Assembly (NCBI GenBank): GCA_965207995.1
Contig: OZ242299.1
Location: forward strand, 788,863 to 852,862
From: Dehalococcoidia bacterium
GTDB lineage: Bacteria; Chloroflexota; Dehalococcoidia; SHYB01
Direction of reading: 5' to 3'
Length of the DNA stretch: 64,000 nucleotides
Shown: in pieces, positions 39,268 to 47,892 of the stretch
Layout of the letters: the number at the start of each line of letters is the position of its first letter
Numbering within the stretch: the first letter of the stretch is position 1
Notes under the pieces: generated by a model
Database searches by the model: none
The model's input: only the letters and a program-made list of their open reading frames with translations
Told to the model about the DNA's origin: nothing
Translations under genes and position numbers: made by a program

Positions 39268-39642
39268 TCACCGCTGCTTGAACTTCGACGGATCGATCAC
39301 GGCTCGCTCATGACTGCCCGAGCCGATCCTCACATCTCCCGACCAAGCCTCGACGTCGAAGATGAGCCGCCGCCCCTCCGTCCTGTTGAACGAAGCCTTC
39401 ACCCGCACGGGCCCGCCGACGGCGTGGGGCGCGAGGTGGCGCACGTCGACGCGCGCGCCGACGGATGTCAGGCCCTCCTCCAGGTGCTCCTGCATCAGGC
39501 GCAGGGCGACCCCCTCCATGAGCCCGATCATCGCCGGCGTGGATAGCATCTCAACAGGTCCGGCGTGGGTCACCCCCATGCCGGGCTTCGTTGGCAGCTC
39601 CTCCTCGCGGGCGGCCCCGGGCGGCAACAGGTCGTCGGGCAT
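39268..39642 (-). CDS. hotdog-fold thioesterase family protein
   Basis: Start set at MPDDLLPPG (cat 39640-39642), 124 aa; resembles the fluoroacetyl-CoA-thioesterase-like hotdog family; the start could also be the downstream MGVTHAG. Confidence 0.55.
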   Translation of the reverse strand: MPDDLLPPGAAREEELPTKPGMGVTHAGPVEMLSTPAMIGLMEGVALRLMQEHLEEGLTSVGARVDVRHLAPHAVGGPVRVKASFNRTEGRRLIFDVEAWSGDVRIGSGSHERAVIDPSKFKQR

Positions 39643-39754
39643 GTCGGCTCCTTCACTGTCGTAGATAGACCGGTCTTCGGATGGCGGGGCGCCTGAAGCT
39701 AGCACGCGGCCAAGCGCAGGGTCAAGCCGACACACCCCAGGCCGCGAAGAGCCA

Positions 39755-41629
39755 CTAGAGGCCGTACTTGGTCAGGCGGGCGATGGCGCCGCGCGCGGCG
39801 TCGTACTGCTCCGTGCTCACCGGCACGTAGTCCACGTCGGCGACCAACGCCGGCGCGTTCTCGATGTAGAACCGGACGAACTCACGGACGTGCGCCTTCT
39901 CCACCAGCGAGTCCACCCGCACGTAGATGAACAGCGGCCTCGTGAGCGAATAGTCGCCCGAGAGGATCGTCTCCTCGTTGGGAACGACGCCGTCCACGCC
40001 GAGCACCTTCAGCTTGTCCGCGTTCTCCGCGTAGTAGGCGTACCCGAAGTAGCCCTTCGCGCCCTTCTCGCCTGAGATGCCCTGGACCAGTACGTTGTCG
40101 TCCGAGGACGCGGTGTAGTCCGAGCGGGAGGCCCCCTCCTCGCCGACCACCTCGTCGGTGAAGAAGTCGAACGTGCCCGAGTCCACGTCGGGGGCAAAGA
40201 TGGTCAGCTCCTCGTCTGGAAACGAGGCGCGCACCTGGTTCCAGTTGTTCACCGTCGAGCCCGGCTCGTAGATCATCTTCAGCTCTTCGATGGTGAGATC
40301 GTCCACGAAGTCGTTGTCCGGGTTTACCACGACGGAAAGGCCGTCCCAGCCGACCAGCATCTCGACGAACTCGATGCCGTTCGCGGCGCAGAGTTCAAGC
40401 TCGGAGCTCTTGATCGGCCGCGACGCGTTCGAAATGTCCGTCTCCCCGGCGCAGAAGCGCTTGAAGCCCCCGCCCGTGCCCGATACGCCGACCTGCACCC
40501 GAACGCGCCCGTTCACCGAGCGGAACTCCTCGGCCACCGCCTCGGAGATCGGGAAGACCGTGCTCGACCCATCGATGCCCACGTCGCCAGAGAGGCCGCT
40601 CTCGATGGCGGGCACGCCAAGGACGCGGGCGATGGCGCCGCGGGCGGCGTCGTATTGCTCCGTGCTCACCGGGACGTAGTCCACATCGGCGACAAGCTCA
40701 GGCGCGTTCGCGATGTAGAACTTCACGAACTCCGCCACGTGCTGCTTGTCCCGCAAGGAGTCCTCTCGCACGTAGAGGAAGAGTGGCCTCGTGAGCGGGT
40801 AATCGCCCGAGAGGATCGTCTCTTCGTTGGGAACGACGCCGTCCACGCCCAGCACCTTCAGCTTGTCCGCGTTCTCCGCGTAGTAGGCGTAACCGAAGTA
40901 GCCCTTCGCGCCCTTCTCGCCGGAGATGCCCTGGACCAGCACGTTGTCGTCCGACGACGCGGTGTAGTCCGAGCGGGAGGCCCCCTCCTCGCCGACCACC
41001 TCATCGGTGAAGAAGTCGAACGTGCCCGAGTCCACGTCGGGGGCGAAGATCGTCAGCTCTTCGTCGGGGAACGAGGCGCGCACCTGGTTCCAGTTGTTTA
41101 CCGTCGAGCCGGGCTCGTATATCGCCTTCAGCTCTTCGATGGTCAGCTCGTCCACGAAGTCGTTATCCGGGTTCACCACGACCGAAAGGCCGTCCCAGCC
41201 AACCAGCATCTCGACGAACCCGATGCCGTTGGCGGCGCAGATCTCAAGCTCGGAGCTCTTGATAGCCCGCGACGCATTGGAGATATCCGTCTCGCCCGCG
41301 CAGAAACGCTTGAATCCGCCGCCCGTGCCAGACACCCCCACCTGCACGCGGACCTTCCCGGCCACCGAGCGGAACTCCTCGGCCACCGCCTCGGAGATGG
41401 GGAAGACTGTGCTCGACCCGTCGATGCCCACGTCGCCCGAGAGGCTGCTCAGATCTTCCTCGGGCTCCAAGGCCCCGGTTGTGGACGACGTCCCCTGCGG
41501 GTTGGGTGTTGCTGAAGGGTCGTCGCTGCCGCAGGCGGCGACCACCAGAGCAACCACGGCCAACAGCGCTGCGAGCATCGCCGCCTTCCTACGCAAGAGC
41601 GTAAGAGCCGGGGATCTGCGTTCCTTCAT
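39755..41629 (-). CDS. pstS: lipoprotein consisting of two fused, near-identical PstS-like phosphate-binding (periplasmic binding protein) domains
   Basis: Lipobox LVVAAC after [27 protein letters not shown]. Two consecutive ~280-aa halves ([25 protein letters not shown]…[17 protein letters not shown]) about 95% identical at protein level and about 95% at DNA level (period about 840 bp). Confidence 0.75.
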   Translation of the reverse strand: MKERRSPALTLLRRKAAMLAALLAVVALVVAACGSDDPSATPNPQGTSSTTGALEPEEDLSSLSGDVGIDGSSTVFPISEAVAEEFRSVAGKVRVQVGVSGTGGGFKRFCAGETDISNASRAIKSSELEICAANGIGFVEMLVGWDGLSVVVNPDNDFVDELTIEELKAIYEPGSTVNNWNQVRASFPDEELTIFAPDVDSGTFDFFTDEVVGEEGASRSDYTASSDDNVLVQGISGEKGAKGYFGYAYYAENADKLKVLGVDGVVPNEETILSGDYPLTRPLFLYVREDSLRDKQHVAEFVKFYIANAPELVADVDYVPVSTEQYDAARGAIARVLGVPAIESGLSGDVGIDGSSTVFPISEAVAEEFRSVNGRVRVQVGVSGTGGGFKRFCAGETDISNASRPIKSSELELCAANGIEFVEMLVGWDGLSVVVNPDNDFVDDLTIEELKMIYEPGSTVNNWNQVRASFPDEELTIFAPDVDSGTFDFFTDEVVGEEGASRSDYTASSDDNVLVQGISGEKGAKGYFGYAYYAENADKLKVLGVDGVVPNEETILSGDYSLTRPLFIYVRVDSLVEKAHVREFVRFYIENAPALVADVDYVPVSTEQYDAARGAIARLTKYGL

Positions 41630-41691
41630 TCCGTACCCCTTTGGCGCTTCGCGCCACCTTCGCATTGACCAAGCCATGGTTGGCCCGCCGC

Positions 41692-41741
41692 GTTAAGCCC
41701 CAACTAACGGAGGGTTAACGGGGGATTAACTCTCTGTTAAC
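41692..41741. promoter_or_regulatory. Pho-box-like array: five direct repeats of GTTAAC-like hexamers with exact 11-bp phasing in the pstS/ruvB divergent intergenic region
   Basis: GTTAAG(41692) ACTAAC(41703) GTTAAC(41714) ATTAAC(41725) GTTAAC(41736), read directly; 11-nt direct-repeat phasing is the hallmark of PhoP/PhoB-type binding sites upstream of pst genes. Confidence 0.4.
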
Positions 41742-41852
41742 GCGTGCGACAGGCTGTCCTTGACACTGCGAGAAGCGCACTCCTAGCATGGCTCAAGGAC
41801 GTTGCCGTTCGGCAGACCGCCCGCCCTCCGGCTCCCCGAACGGCCCAGACGC

Positions 41853-42890
41853 ATGCAAGAGCGCATCGTTTCACCCAAACGCCGGCCCGAGGACACCACC
41901 GCCGAGGCGGGCCTGCGCCCCCGCTCCCTCGAGGAGTACATCGGGCAGGAGGAGGTCAAGGACAACCTCCGCATCGGCGTGCTCGCCGCGAAGAAGCGCG
42001 AGGAGGCCCTCGACCACGTCCTTCTCTACGGGCCGCCCGGACTCGGCAAGACCACGCTCGCCAACATCATCGCGGCCGAGATGGGCGTGAACATCCGCAT
42101 CACCTCCGGCCCCGCCGTCGAGCGCCCCGGCGACATGGCGGCCATCCTCACCAACCTCAAGAAGCACGACGTGCTCTTCATCGACGAGATTCACCGCCTC
42201 AGCCGCGGCGTGGAGGAAATCCTCTACCCCGCCCTCGAGGACTTCGCCCTCGACATCGTGATCGGCAAGGGCCCGACCGCGCGCAGCATCCGGCTCAAGA
42301 TCCCGCCCTTCACCCTCGTCGGCGCCACCACCCGCTACGCCATGATGAGCGCGCCGCTGCGCGACCGCTTCGGCGCGGTCTACCGCCTCGACTTCTACTC
42401 GCCCGAGGCCATCGAGCAGATCGTGTCGCGGTCGGCCACTATTTTTGAGCTCACCGCCGACGACGCCGCCGTCACCGAGATCGCCGCCCGTTCCCGCGGC
42501 ACGCCCCGCGTCGCCAACCGCCTCCTCAAGCGCGTCCGCGACTACGCGGAGGTGATGGGCGACGGGACCCTCAACGCCGCCATCAGCCGCGAGGCCCTCG
42601 ACCGCATGCAGGTCGACCGCCGCGGCCTCGATAAGATGGACCACCGCGTCCTCGGCGCCGTCATCGACCGCTTCGAGGGCGGCCCCGTCGGCATCGAGAC
42701 CCTCGCAACCTCACTCAGCGAGGAGCCGGACACGATCATGGACGTCTACGAGCCCTATCTCATCCAGCTCGGCTTCATCCAACGCACCCCCAGAGGGCGC
42801 ATCGCCACCCGCCTCGCCTACGAATATCTCGAACGCCCCTACCCAGAGTCGGCCAACCCCTCCAACCAGCCCACCCTCTTCGAAGAGTAG
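41853..42890 (+). CDS. ruvB: Holliday junction branch migration DNA helicase RuvB
   Basis: Start at [13 protein letters not shown] (atg 41853). Walker [12 protein letters not shown], Walker [11 protein letters not shown], sensor II and winged-helix C-terminus. Confidence 0.9.
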   Translation: MQERIVSPKRRPEDTTAEAGLRPRSLEEYIGQEEVKDNLRIGVLAAKKREEALDHVLLYGPPGLGKTTLANIIAAEMGVNIRITSGPAVERPGDMAAILTNLKKHDVLFIDEIHRLSRGVEEILYPALEDFALDIVIGKGPTARSIRLKIPPFTLVGATTRYAMMSAPLRDRFGAVYRLDFYSPEAIEQIVSRSATIFELTADDAAVTEIAARSRGTPRVANRLLKRVRDYAEVMGDGTLNAAISREALDRMQVDRRGLDKMDHRVLGAVIDRFEGGPVGIETLATSLSEEPDTIMDVYEPYLIQLGFIQRTPRGRIATRLAYEYLERPYPESANPSNQPTLFEE

Positions 42891-42904
42891 CCCCCTCTGG
42901 GCTC

Positions 42905-43018
42905 GCACCTTAAACCTCTCTCCCTCTGGGAGAGACTGAGAGAGGGCGGGGGCGGTGCGCGGAGGTCCCCTCCGGACCTCTTCTCCCCACGGGAGAAGAT
43001 TGAGATGAGGGGCCCCTG
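42905..43018. repeat. REP-like composite element, type B, copy 1 (GCACCTTAAACCTCTCTCCCTCTGGGAGAGACTGAGAGAGGGCGGGGGCGGTGCGCGGAGGTCCCCTCCGGACCTCTTCTCCCCACGGGAGAAGATTGAGATGAGGGG…)
   Basis: Three successive inverted repeats; begins 15 nt after the ruvB stop. Confidence 0.7.
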
Positions 43019-43077
43019 ACCACCACCAACGGCCACCCACACCCGTCACCCCCATCCCCTCCGGCCCCTCACGCGGT

Positions 43078-43188
43078 GCACCTTAACCTCTCCTCTGGGA
43101 GAGACTGAGAGAGGGCAGGCGCGGTGCGCGGAGGTCCCCTCCGGGCCTCTTCTCCCCCCGGGAGAAGATTGAGATGAGGGCCCCCCTG
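43078..43188. repeat. REP-like composite element, type B, copy 2 (tandem duplicate of 42905-43018, about 90% identical, spacers also related)
   Basis: The ~175-bp unit (element plus CACCACCAACGGCCA… spacer) is repeated head-to-tail. Confidence 0.7.
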
Positions 43189-43272
43189 ACCACCACCGAC
43201 GGCCATCGATACCCGCCATTCTCATGCGCCAACCATAGGGGCGACCCTTGTGGTCGCCCATCCCCTCATCTG

Positions 43273-43353
43273 GCGCACCTCAAACCTCTCCCCCTCTGGG
43301 GGAGATTGAGAGAGGGCGCGCGCCTAAAGGCGCGCGAGCGCCCGGAGGGCGCT
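43273..43353. repeat. REP-like element: shared 5' module GCGCACCTCAAACCTCTCCCCCTCTGGGGGAGATTGAGAGAGGGCG fused to a reverse-complement type-A body
   Basis: Reverse complement of 5637-5706 at about 90% identity; ends 6 nt before the stop of the LLM gene at 43359. Confidence 0.7.
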
Positions 43354-43358
43354 GCCTC

Positions 43359-44399
43359 CTACGCCCCCGGCGCCAGCGCCTCGATAGCGTCCTCCACGGA
43401 TGCGCCGGCCTCGCCCGTGCGGATGGGTGCGATGATGGGCAGGTCGAGCCCGATGGCGCGGAGATCGTCGATGCCGGCGCGGCACTCGTCGGCGGTCCCC
43501 ACAATAACCATGGCGCGGATCAGCCGGTCGGTGACGGCGCGGGCGGCCCCCTGCTCGTCGCCGCGGTCGAGGGCGGCGGTGATGGCGTGCGTCTCCTCCT
43601 CGAAGCCCAGCTTCGCGAAATAGCTAGCGTAGAACGGCAGCCGCATGCGGCCCGCGAGGATCTGCCGGAGCACGCGCGTGGCCCGCTCGTAGTCGTCGGT
43701 GACCGCGACCCGCACGTAGCACGCCACGTCGCACGCCCCCGGCTCGCGGCCCGCTGCCGCCTCGCCCTCGCGCACCAGACCCACGGCGTCCTCGACGTAC
43801 CCCTTGGGAGAGAAGTTGAGCAGGACGCCGTCGGCGATCTCGCCGGCCAGCCGCACCATCTTCGGCTTGAGCGCGGCGAGGTAGACCGGCAGCGGTTGCT
43901 GCACGGGCCGCACGTCGATCTGGGCGCCGCTGGTGCTAAAGACCTTGCCTTCGTAGGTGACGCGTTCCCCGGCAAGCAGCCGCCGCACGATCTCGATGGT
44001 CTCCCGCCCCCGTGTGATCGGACGGTTGAAGGGAACGCCGTGACCGCCCTCCGTCATCGGCTCGTGGCCCACGCCGAGGCCGAGGACGAACCGCCCGCCG
44101 GTCAACTCGTCGATGGTCGCGGCGGACATGGCCGTCATCGTCGGCGTGCGCGTGTAGGTGGAGAGGATGCCAGTAGCGAGGCGGACCCGCTCGGTGTGGA
44201 GTCCGAGGGCGGTGAGGAAGGTCACCGCGTCGCGCCCGAAGCCTTCGGGCAGCCAGACCGAGTCGTAGCCTAGCCGGTCGGCGAGCGCGACGACCTCCCG
44301 GACCTCGTCGAACCCGTACCGGCGCAGCCTGTCGGCCGTGCCCGGGTCTCGCAGGGCAAAGGCGGCGTCGGCTTCGACGCGGAGCCCGATGCGGCTCAT
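43359..44399 (-). CDS. LLM-class F420-dependent oxidoreductase
   Basis: 346 aa luciferase-like TIM barrel (…YDSVWLPEGFGRDA…GRFVLGLGVGH…). Confidence 0.8.
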   Translation of the reverse strand: MSRIGLRVEADAAFALRDPGTADRLRRYGFDEVREVVALADRLGYDSVWLPEGFGRDAVTFLTALGLHTERVRLATGILSTYTRTPTMTAMSAATIDELTGGRFVLGLGVGHEPMTEGGHGVPFNRPITRGRETIEIVRRLLAGERVTYEGKVFSTSGAQIDVRPVQQPLPVYLAALKPKMVRLAGEIADGVLLNFSPKGYVEDAVGLVREGEAAAGREPGACDVACYVRVAVTDDYERATRVLRQILAGRMRLPFYASYFAKLGFEEETHAITAALDRGDEQGAARAVTDRLIRAMVIVGTADECRAGIDDLRAIGLDLPIIAPIRTGEAGASVEDAIEALAPGA

Positions 44400-45337
44400 G
44401 ACGCGTTCACCACGTCGATCACCTGCTCCTTGAAGCGGGCGGCGTTGTCGGCGTACTCAGCGCACGACTCCGCGGGCATCATGCAAGTGAAAACGCTGAA
44501 GCCCATCTCCCGGAGGGCCATGATCCGCTCGATGACGGGGCCGTGGTCGAAGTCGGGCGGGTAGGTGGAGTCGAGCCCGCCGATGCCGCCGGTGCACAGC
44601 GTCAGCGGCGCGGTGCGCCCCACGCGCTCGGCGTGCTCGCGGGCAAGGTCGAGCCGCTCGCGGAAATCGTCGAGCGTGGCCAGCGGCGGCGTCAGCGTGC
44701 GGGGGAGTGTGCCCGAGACCGGAATCCAGCCGTCGCACCGCTCGATGGCGCGGCGCATCGCCTTCCGGCTGTTGCCGCCGACCCAGATCGGCGGGTGGGG
44801 CTTCTGCACCGGCGTCGGCTTCATCACGCAATTGCGGGCGGTGAAGTGGCGGCCGTCGAAGTCGAAGATCTCGCCCGTCCACGCCGCCTTCATCGCGTCG
44901 ATGGCCTCGTCGGAGAGCTCGTTGAGCTCCGCCCGGTCAACCCCCAGCGCGTCGAACTCCGGCTTCAGGAAGCCGGCGCCGACGCCGATGATCAGCCGAC
45001 CGTTGGAGATGGCGTCGACGGTCACCGCCGACTTCGCGGTGATGAACGGGTTCTGGTACGGCAGGATGAGGACGTGCGTCTGGACCCGGAGGCGGGTGGT
45101 CGCCGCGGCGGCCACGGCGAGCGCGGCCCACGGGTCGAGGGGGTGGATGCCCAAGTTCGCCGTCCAGTTCGCCTCCGGTATCCAGTGATGCGTCAGCTCG
45201 ACGGCATCGAAGCCGTTCCTCTCGGCGGCGCGCGCCATCGACGAGATTCCCTCGGCGCTGGTGAACTCAGGGCCAAGGTCCCACCGGTGGGTGAGGAGCC
45301 GCAGGTGGAACCTGGCGGGGCCGGCGGTGTCGAACAT
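44396..45337 (-). CDS. LLM-class F420-dependent oxidoreductase (second, divergent paralog)
   Basis: 313 aa; luciferase-like motifs (…GFDAVELTHHW…GRLIIGVGAGF…); 4-nt overlap (ATGA) with the downstream LLM gene. Confidence 0.8.
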   Translation of the reverse strand: MFDTAGPARFHLRLLTHRWDLGPEFTSAEGISSMARAAERNGFDAVELTHHWIPEANWTANLGIHPLDPWAALAVAAAATTRLRVQTHVLILPYQNPFITAKSAVTVDAISNGRLIIGVGAGFLKPEFDALGVDRAELNELSDEAIDAMKAAWTGEIFDFDGRHFTARNCVMKPTPVQKPHPPIWVGGNSRKAMRRAIERCDGWIPVSGTLPRTLTPPLATLDDFRERLDLAREHAERVGRTAPLTLCTGGIGGLDSTYPPDFDHGPVIERIMALREMGFSVFTCMMPAESCAEYADNAARFKEQVIDVVNAS

Positions 45338-45382
45338 GCGCTGCCCTCCTTACTTTGCGGGGTCGCGGAGCGCTTGCATTGT

Positions 45383-45480
45383 ACCTCCCTCCCTCCGGGA
45401 GGGACTGAGGGCGGGAACGTCCCCGCGGGGCGGTCTTCCCCCTCTCTCGCTGGGAGAGGGTTGGGGTGAGGGCGGGGAGC
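45383..45480. repeat. REP-like element, type C copy 2 plus extra hairpins (TACCTCCCTCCCTCCGGGAGGGACTGAGGGCGGG-AACGTCCCCGCGGGGCGG-…CCCTCTCTCGCTGGGAGAGGG…)
   Basis: Shares the GAGCGCTT-[CCTCCCTCC…GGGAGGGACTGAGGGCGGG] core with 37238-37296. Confidence 0.6.
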
Positions 45481-45530
45481 CGGGAGGGGTGCGCCAACGT
45501 CAACGCTGCCTGCGACCCCATGTTGCTAAC

Positions 45531-45593
45531 GTCTCCCCTGGGGGAATTGAGAGAGGGCGCGCGCCGTCAGGCGCGCGGGCGCCCGCAGGGCGT
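45531..45593. repeat. REP-like element, type A (reverse orientation, fourth copy)
   Basis: GTCTCCCCTGGGGGAATTGAGAGAGGGCGCGCGCCGTCAGGCGCGCGGGCGCCCGCAGGGCG, about 85% identical to 43285-43353. Confidence 0.65.
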
Positions 45594-45637
45594 CCCCCCT
45601 CGCCGACCGCGGATGCGCTAAGGTCTATCATGGAAGT

Positions 45638-47056
45638 ATGTCCATCACCGCCATAACCCCAGACCGCCAGAAGACCCTCGAGCAGATGCGCCGCATCTTC
45701 CGCCCCCGCGGCGTGGCCGTCGTCGGGGCGTCGGGAACGCCGGGCAAGATCGGCTACGCCATCGTCGAGAATCTCAAGAACGGCGGCTTCGCCGGCGGCA
45801 TCTACCCGGTGAACCCCCGCGCCGACGAGATCCTCGGCTATCCCTGCTACAAGAGCCTCGACGAGGTCCCCGACGACACCGACGTCGCCCTGGTCAGCAT
45901 CCCCGCCCAGGGGGTCGCCGGGCTGGTCGAGCCCGCCGCGGCGAAGGGGATCGCCGGGCTGGTCGTCATCAGCTCCGGTTTCGCGGAGACCGGCGAGGTC
46001 GAGCTCCAGCGGGAGCTCCAAGCATTGGCCCGCGAGCACGGCGTCCGGATCATGGGGCCCAACATCTACGGCTACTACTACACCCACGCCGGGCTCTGCG
46101 CCACCTTCTGCACTCCCTACACCGAGAAGGGCGGCGTTGCCCTCGTCTCCCAGAGCGGCGGCGTGGGCATGGCCATCCTCGGTTACAGCCGGTCGCGGCG
46201 TATGGGAGTCTCGGCGATCGTCGGCTTGGGCAACAAGAGCGACATCGACGAGGACGACCTTCTCGAGTTCTTCGGCGACGATCCCAACACCGAGGTCGTC
46301 GCCATCCACATGGAGGACCTGAAGAGCGGCCGCGGCTTCTTCGAGGCGGCGAGCCGCGTCACGCGCTCCAAGCCCGTGGTCGTGCTGAAGGGCGGACGCA
46401 CCGGCGCGGGCGCCAGGGCGGCGGCCTCCCACACCGCGGCGCTGGCCGGCGAGGACCGCGTCTACGGCGCCGCGTTCGCGCAGTCGGGCGTCGTGCGCGC
46501 CCACACGCTGAAGGAGCTGCTCGACTGGTCGCGGGCGCTGCAGATGCTCCCCGACCCTAAGGGCGAGAACGTCGCCATCATCACCGGGGCGGGCGGGCTC
46601 GGCGTCCTGCTCAGCGACGCCTGCGTCGACCGCGGCCTCTCCCTCATGGAGATCCCCGACGACCTCGACGCCGCCTTTCGCCAGTACATCCCGCCCTTCG
46701 GCGCGGCGGGCAACCCCATCGACATCACCGGCGGCGAGCCTCCGGAGACCTACAAGCAGACGATTCTCCTCGGCCTCAACGACCCCCGCGTCCACGCCCT
46801 TATCATCGGCTACTGGCACACCGTCATCACCCCGCCGGTGGTCTTCGCCAAGGTGCTCGAAGAGGCGATGAACGAGGCCCGGGCCGCGGGCAACGTCAAG
46901 CCCGTGGTCGTCTCCCTCGCCGGCGACACCGAGGTCGAGGAAGCGGCCCGCTACATCGAAGACTTCGGCGTCCCCGCCTACCCCTACGCCGCCGAAGACG
47001 CCGTCGCCGCCCTCGCCGCCCGCTACACCTTCTGGCGCGCCAACCACCGCGCGTAG
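45638..47056 (+). CDS. acyl-CoA synthetase (NDP-forming) alpha-domain / CoA-binding protein (succinyl-CoA-synthetase-like)
   Basis: 472 aa; N-terminal CoA-binding Rossmann fold (…VAVVGASGTPGKIGYAIVENL…) and ligase-CoA domain with phosphohistidine-loop-like segment (…GRTGAGARAAASHTAALAG…); no ATP-grasp beta subunit adjacent. Confidence 0.8.
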   Translation: MSITAITPDRQKTLEQMRRIFRPRGVAVVGASGTPGKIGYAIVENLKNGGFAGGIYPVNPRADEILGYPCYKSLDEVPDDTDVALVSIPAQGVAGLVEPAAAKGIAGLVVISSGFAETGEVELQRELQALAREHGVRIMGPNIYGYYYTHAGLCATFCTPYTEKGGVALVSQSGGVGMAILGYSRSRRMGVSAIVGLGNKSDIDEDDLLEFFGDDPNTEVVAIHMEDLKSGRGFFEAASRVTRSKPVVVLKGGRTGAGARAAASHTAALAGEDRVYGAAFAQSGVVRAHTLKELLDWSRALQMLPDPKGENVAIITGAGGLGVLLSDACVDRGLSLMEIPDDLDAAFRQYIPPFGAAGNPIDITGGEPPETYKQTILLGLNDPRVHALIIGYWHTVITPPVVFAKVLEEAMNEARAAGNVKPVVVSLAGDTEVEEAARYIEDFGVPAYPYAAEDAVAALAARYTFWRANHRA

Positions 47057-47093
47057 CGCGGCGCCCGCCCCTATTTCCCTAGGCACGCCCCTA

Positions 47094-47123
47094 TTGACAA
47101 GCACAGTACGTATGTTCTAATAT
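47094..47123 (+). promoter_or_regulatory. candidate strong sigma-70-type promoter TTGACA-18-TAATAT in a 60-bp AT-rich island, oriented into the 70-bp repeat array
   Basis: Read directly (CTATTGACAAGCACAGTACGTATGTTCTAATATGAAC); the only AT-rich patch for several kb. Confidence 0.35.
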
Positions 47124-47204
47124 GAACGCGTGGTCCTTAGGCTGAACGACGGAGCGTGAAACCCACCCGCCGCGGGGGCAGAGGCACAAGCCCGTCGGAC
47201 CGGG

Positions 47205-47489
47205 CCGGAACGTCGACAGCGCGATTTGCGCGGAGAGTGGGAGCCGTCCACCGCGGGGGCGGCAGACCAACGCCGGACAGGCAGGAACGTCGACGGCGAT
47301 CGCGCGGGGAGTGGCGCCGCCCACCGCGGGGGTGGCGAACGAACCGTCAGGCAGGAGCGTCGACGGCGATCGCGCGGGGAGTGGCGCCGCCCACCGCGGG
47401 GGTGGCGAACGAACCGTCAGGCAGGAACGCCGACGGCGATCGCGCGGAGAGTGGCGCCGCCCACCGCGGGGTGGCAAACCAACCGTCAG
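47205..47489 (+). repeat. tandem array: one degenerate plus three near-identical 70-bp units, each containing inverted repeats (CCACCGCGGGGGTGG; GACGG…CCGTC)
   Basis: Unit GCAGGAACGTCGACGGCGATCGCGCGGGGAGTGGCGCCGCCCACCGCGGGGGTGGCGAACGAACCGTCAG at 47281, 47351 and 47421; copies 2 and 3 differ at one position. Whole unit conserved (no unique spacers), so not CRISPR. The array ends 3 nt from the stop of the minus-strand DUF35 gene. Confidence 0.85.
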
Positions 47490-47890
47490 GCGAGCCGGAA
47501 CTTGGGCAGCGCGATCTCGTCGGTGACGTCGTCGAAGACGACCTCGACGGGAGCGCCGACGGCGAGGTCGTCCCACGACGCGCCCTCGACATTGCTGAAG
47601 ATCATCGGCCCCTCGTCGAGCTGGATCTGCACGACGTTGTACGGCATCGCGTCGGCGAAGCTCTTCAGGTAGGCCTGGTGCATCTCGATGCGCCCCCAGA
47701 TCACGCCCCGGCCGCTCGCCTCCGTCCACTCGATGCGCGCCGACACGCAGCGGGGACAGGAGAGATACGGCGGGAACCAGGCGTGGCCGCAGTCCAGGCA
47801 GCGGGGCAGCAGAAGTCGGCGCTCCTTCGCTGCCTCCCAGAAGGCCCGGTCCTCGCGCGTGACCTTAGGTAGAGGTCTGTCGTAGGCCAT
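47486..47890 (-). CDS. DUF35 family protein (Zn-ribbon + OB-fold; BbsA/thiolase-associated type)
   Basis: Start at MAYDRPLPKVTRED (cat 47888-47890), 2 nt after the thiolase stop. C4 zinc ribbon CLDCGHAWFPPYLSCPRC then OB-fold. The upstream extension in the track ORF is Arg/Gly-rich junk overlapping the thiolase gene. Confidence 0.75.
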   Translation of the reverse strand: MAYDRPLPKVTREDRAFWEAAKERRLLLPRCLDCGHAWFPPYLSCPRCVSARIEWTEASGRGVIWGRIEMHQAYLKSFADAMPYNVVQIQLDEGPMIFSNVEGASWDDLAVGAPVEVVFDDVTDEIALPKFRLA

Positions 47891-47892
47891 GG

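Noticed and set aside
45500-47104. 534-aa minus-strand ORF antisense to the ACS-alpha-like gene
   Set aside because: Gly/Ala/Val/Asp low complexity; plus strand has CoA-binding and ligase-CoA domains.
47205-47489. 70-bp array considered as a CRISPR locus
   Set aside because: Whole 70-bp units are conserved (copies 2 and 3 differ at one base); there are no unique spacers and no cas genes; unit length and structure do not fit CRISPR repeats.
47156-47872. 238-aa plus-strand ORF spanning the 70-bp repeat array
   Set aside because: Translation is Arg/Gly/Pro-rich and periodic because it reads through the repeats and then antisense to the DUF35 gene; no start context. The array is treated as non-coding.
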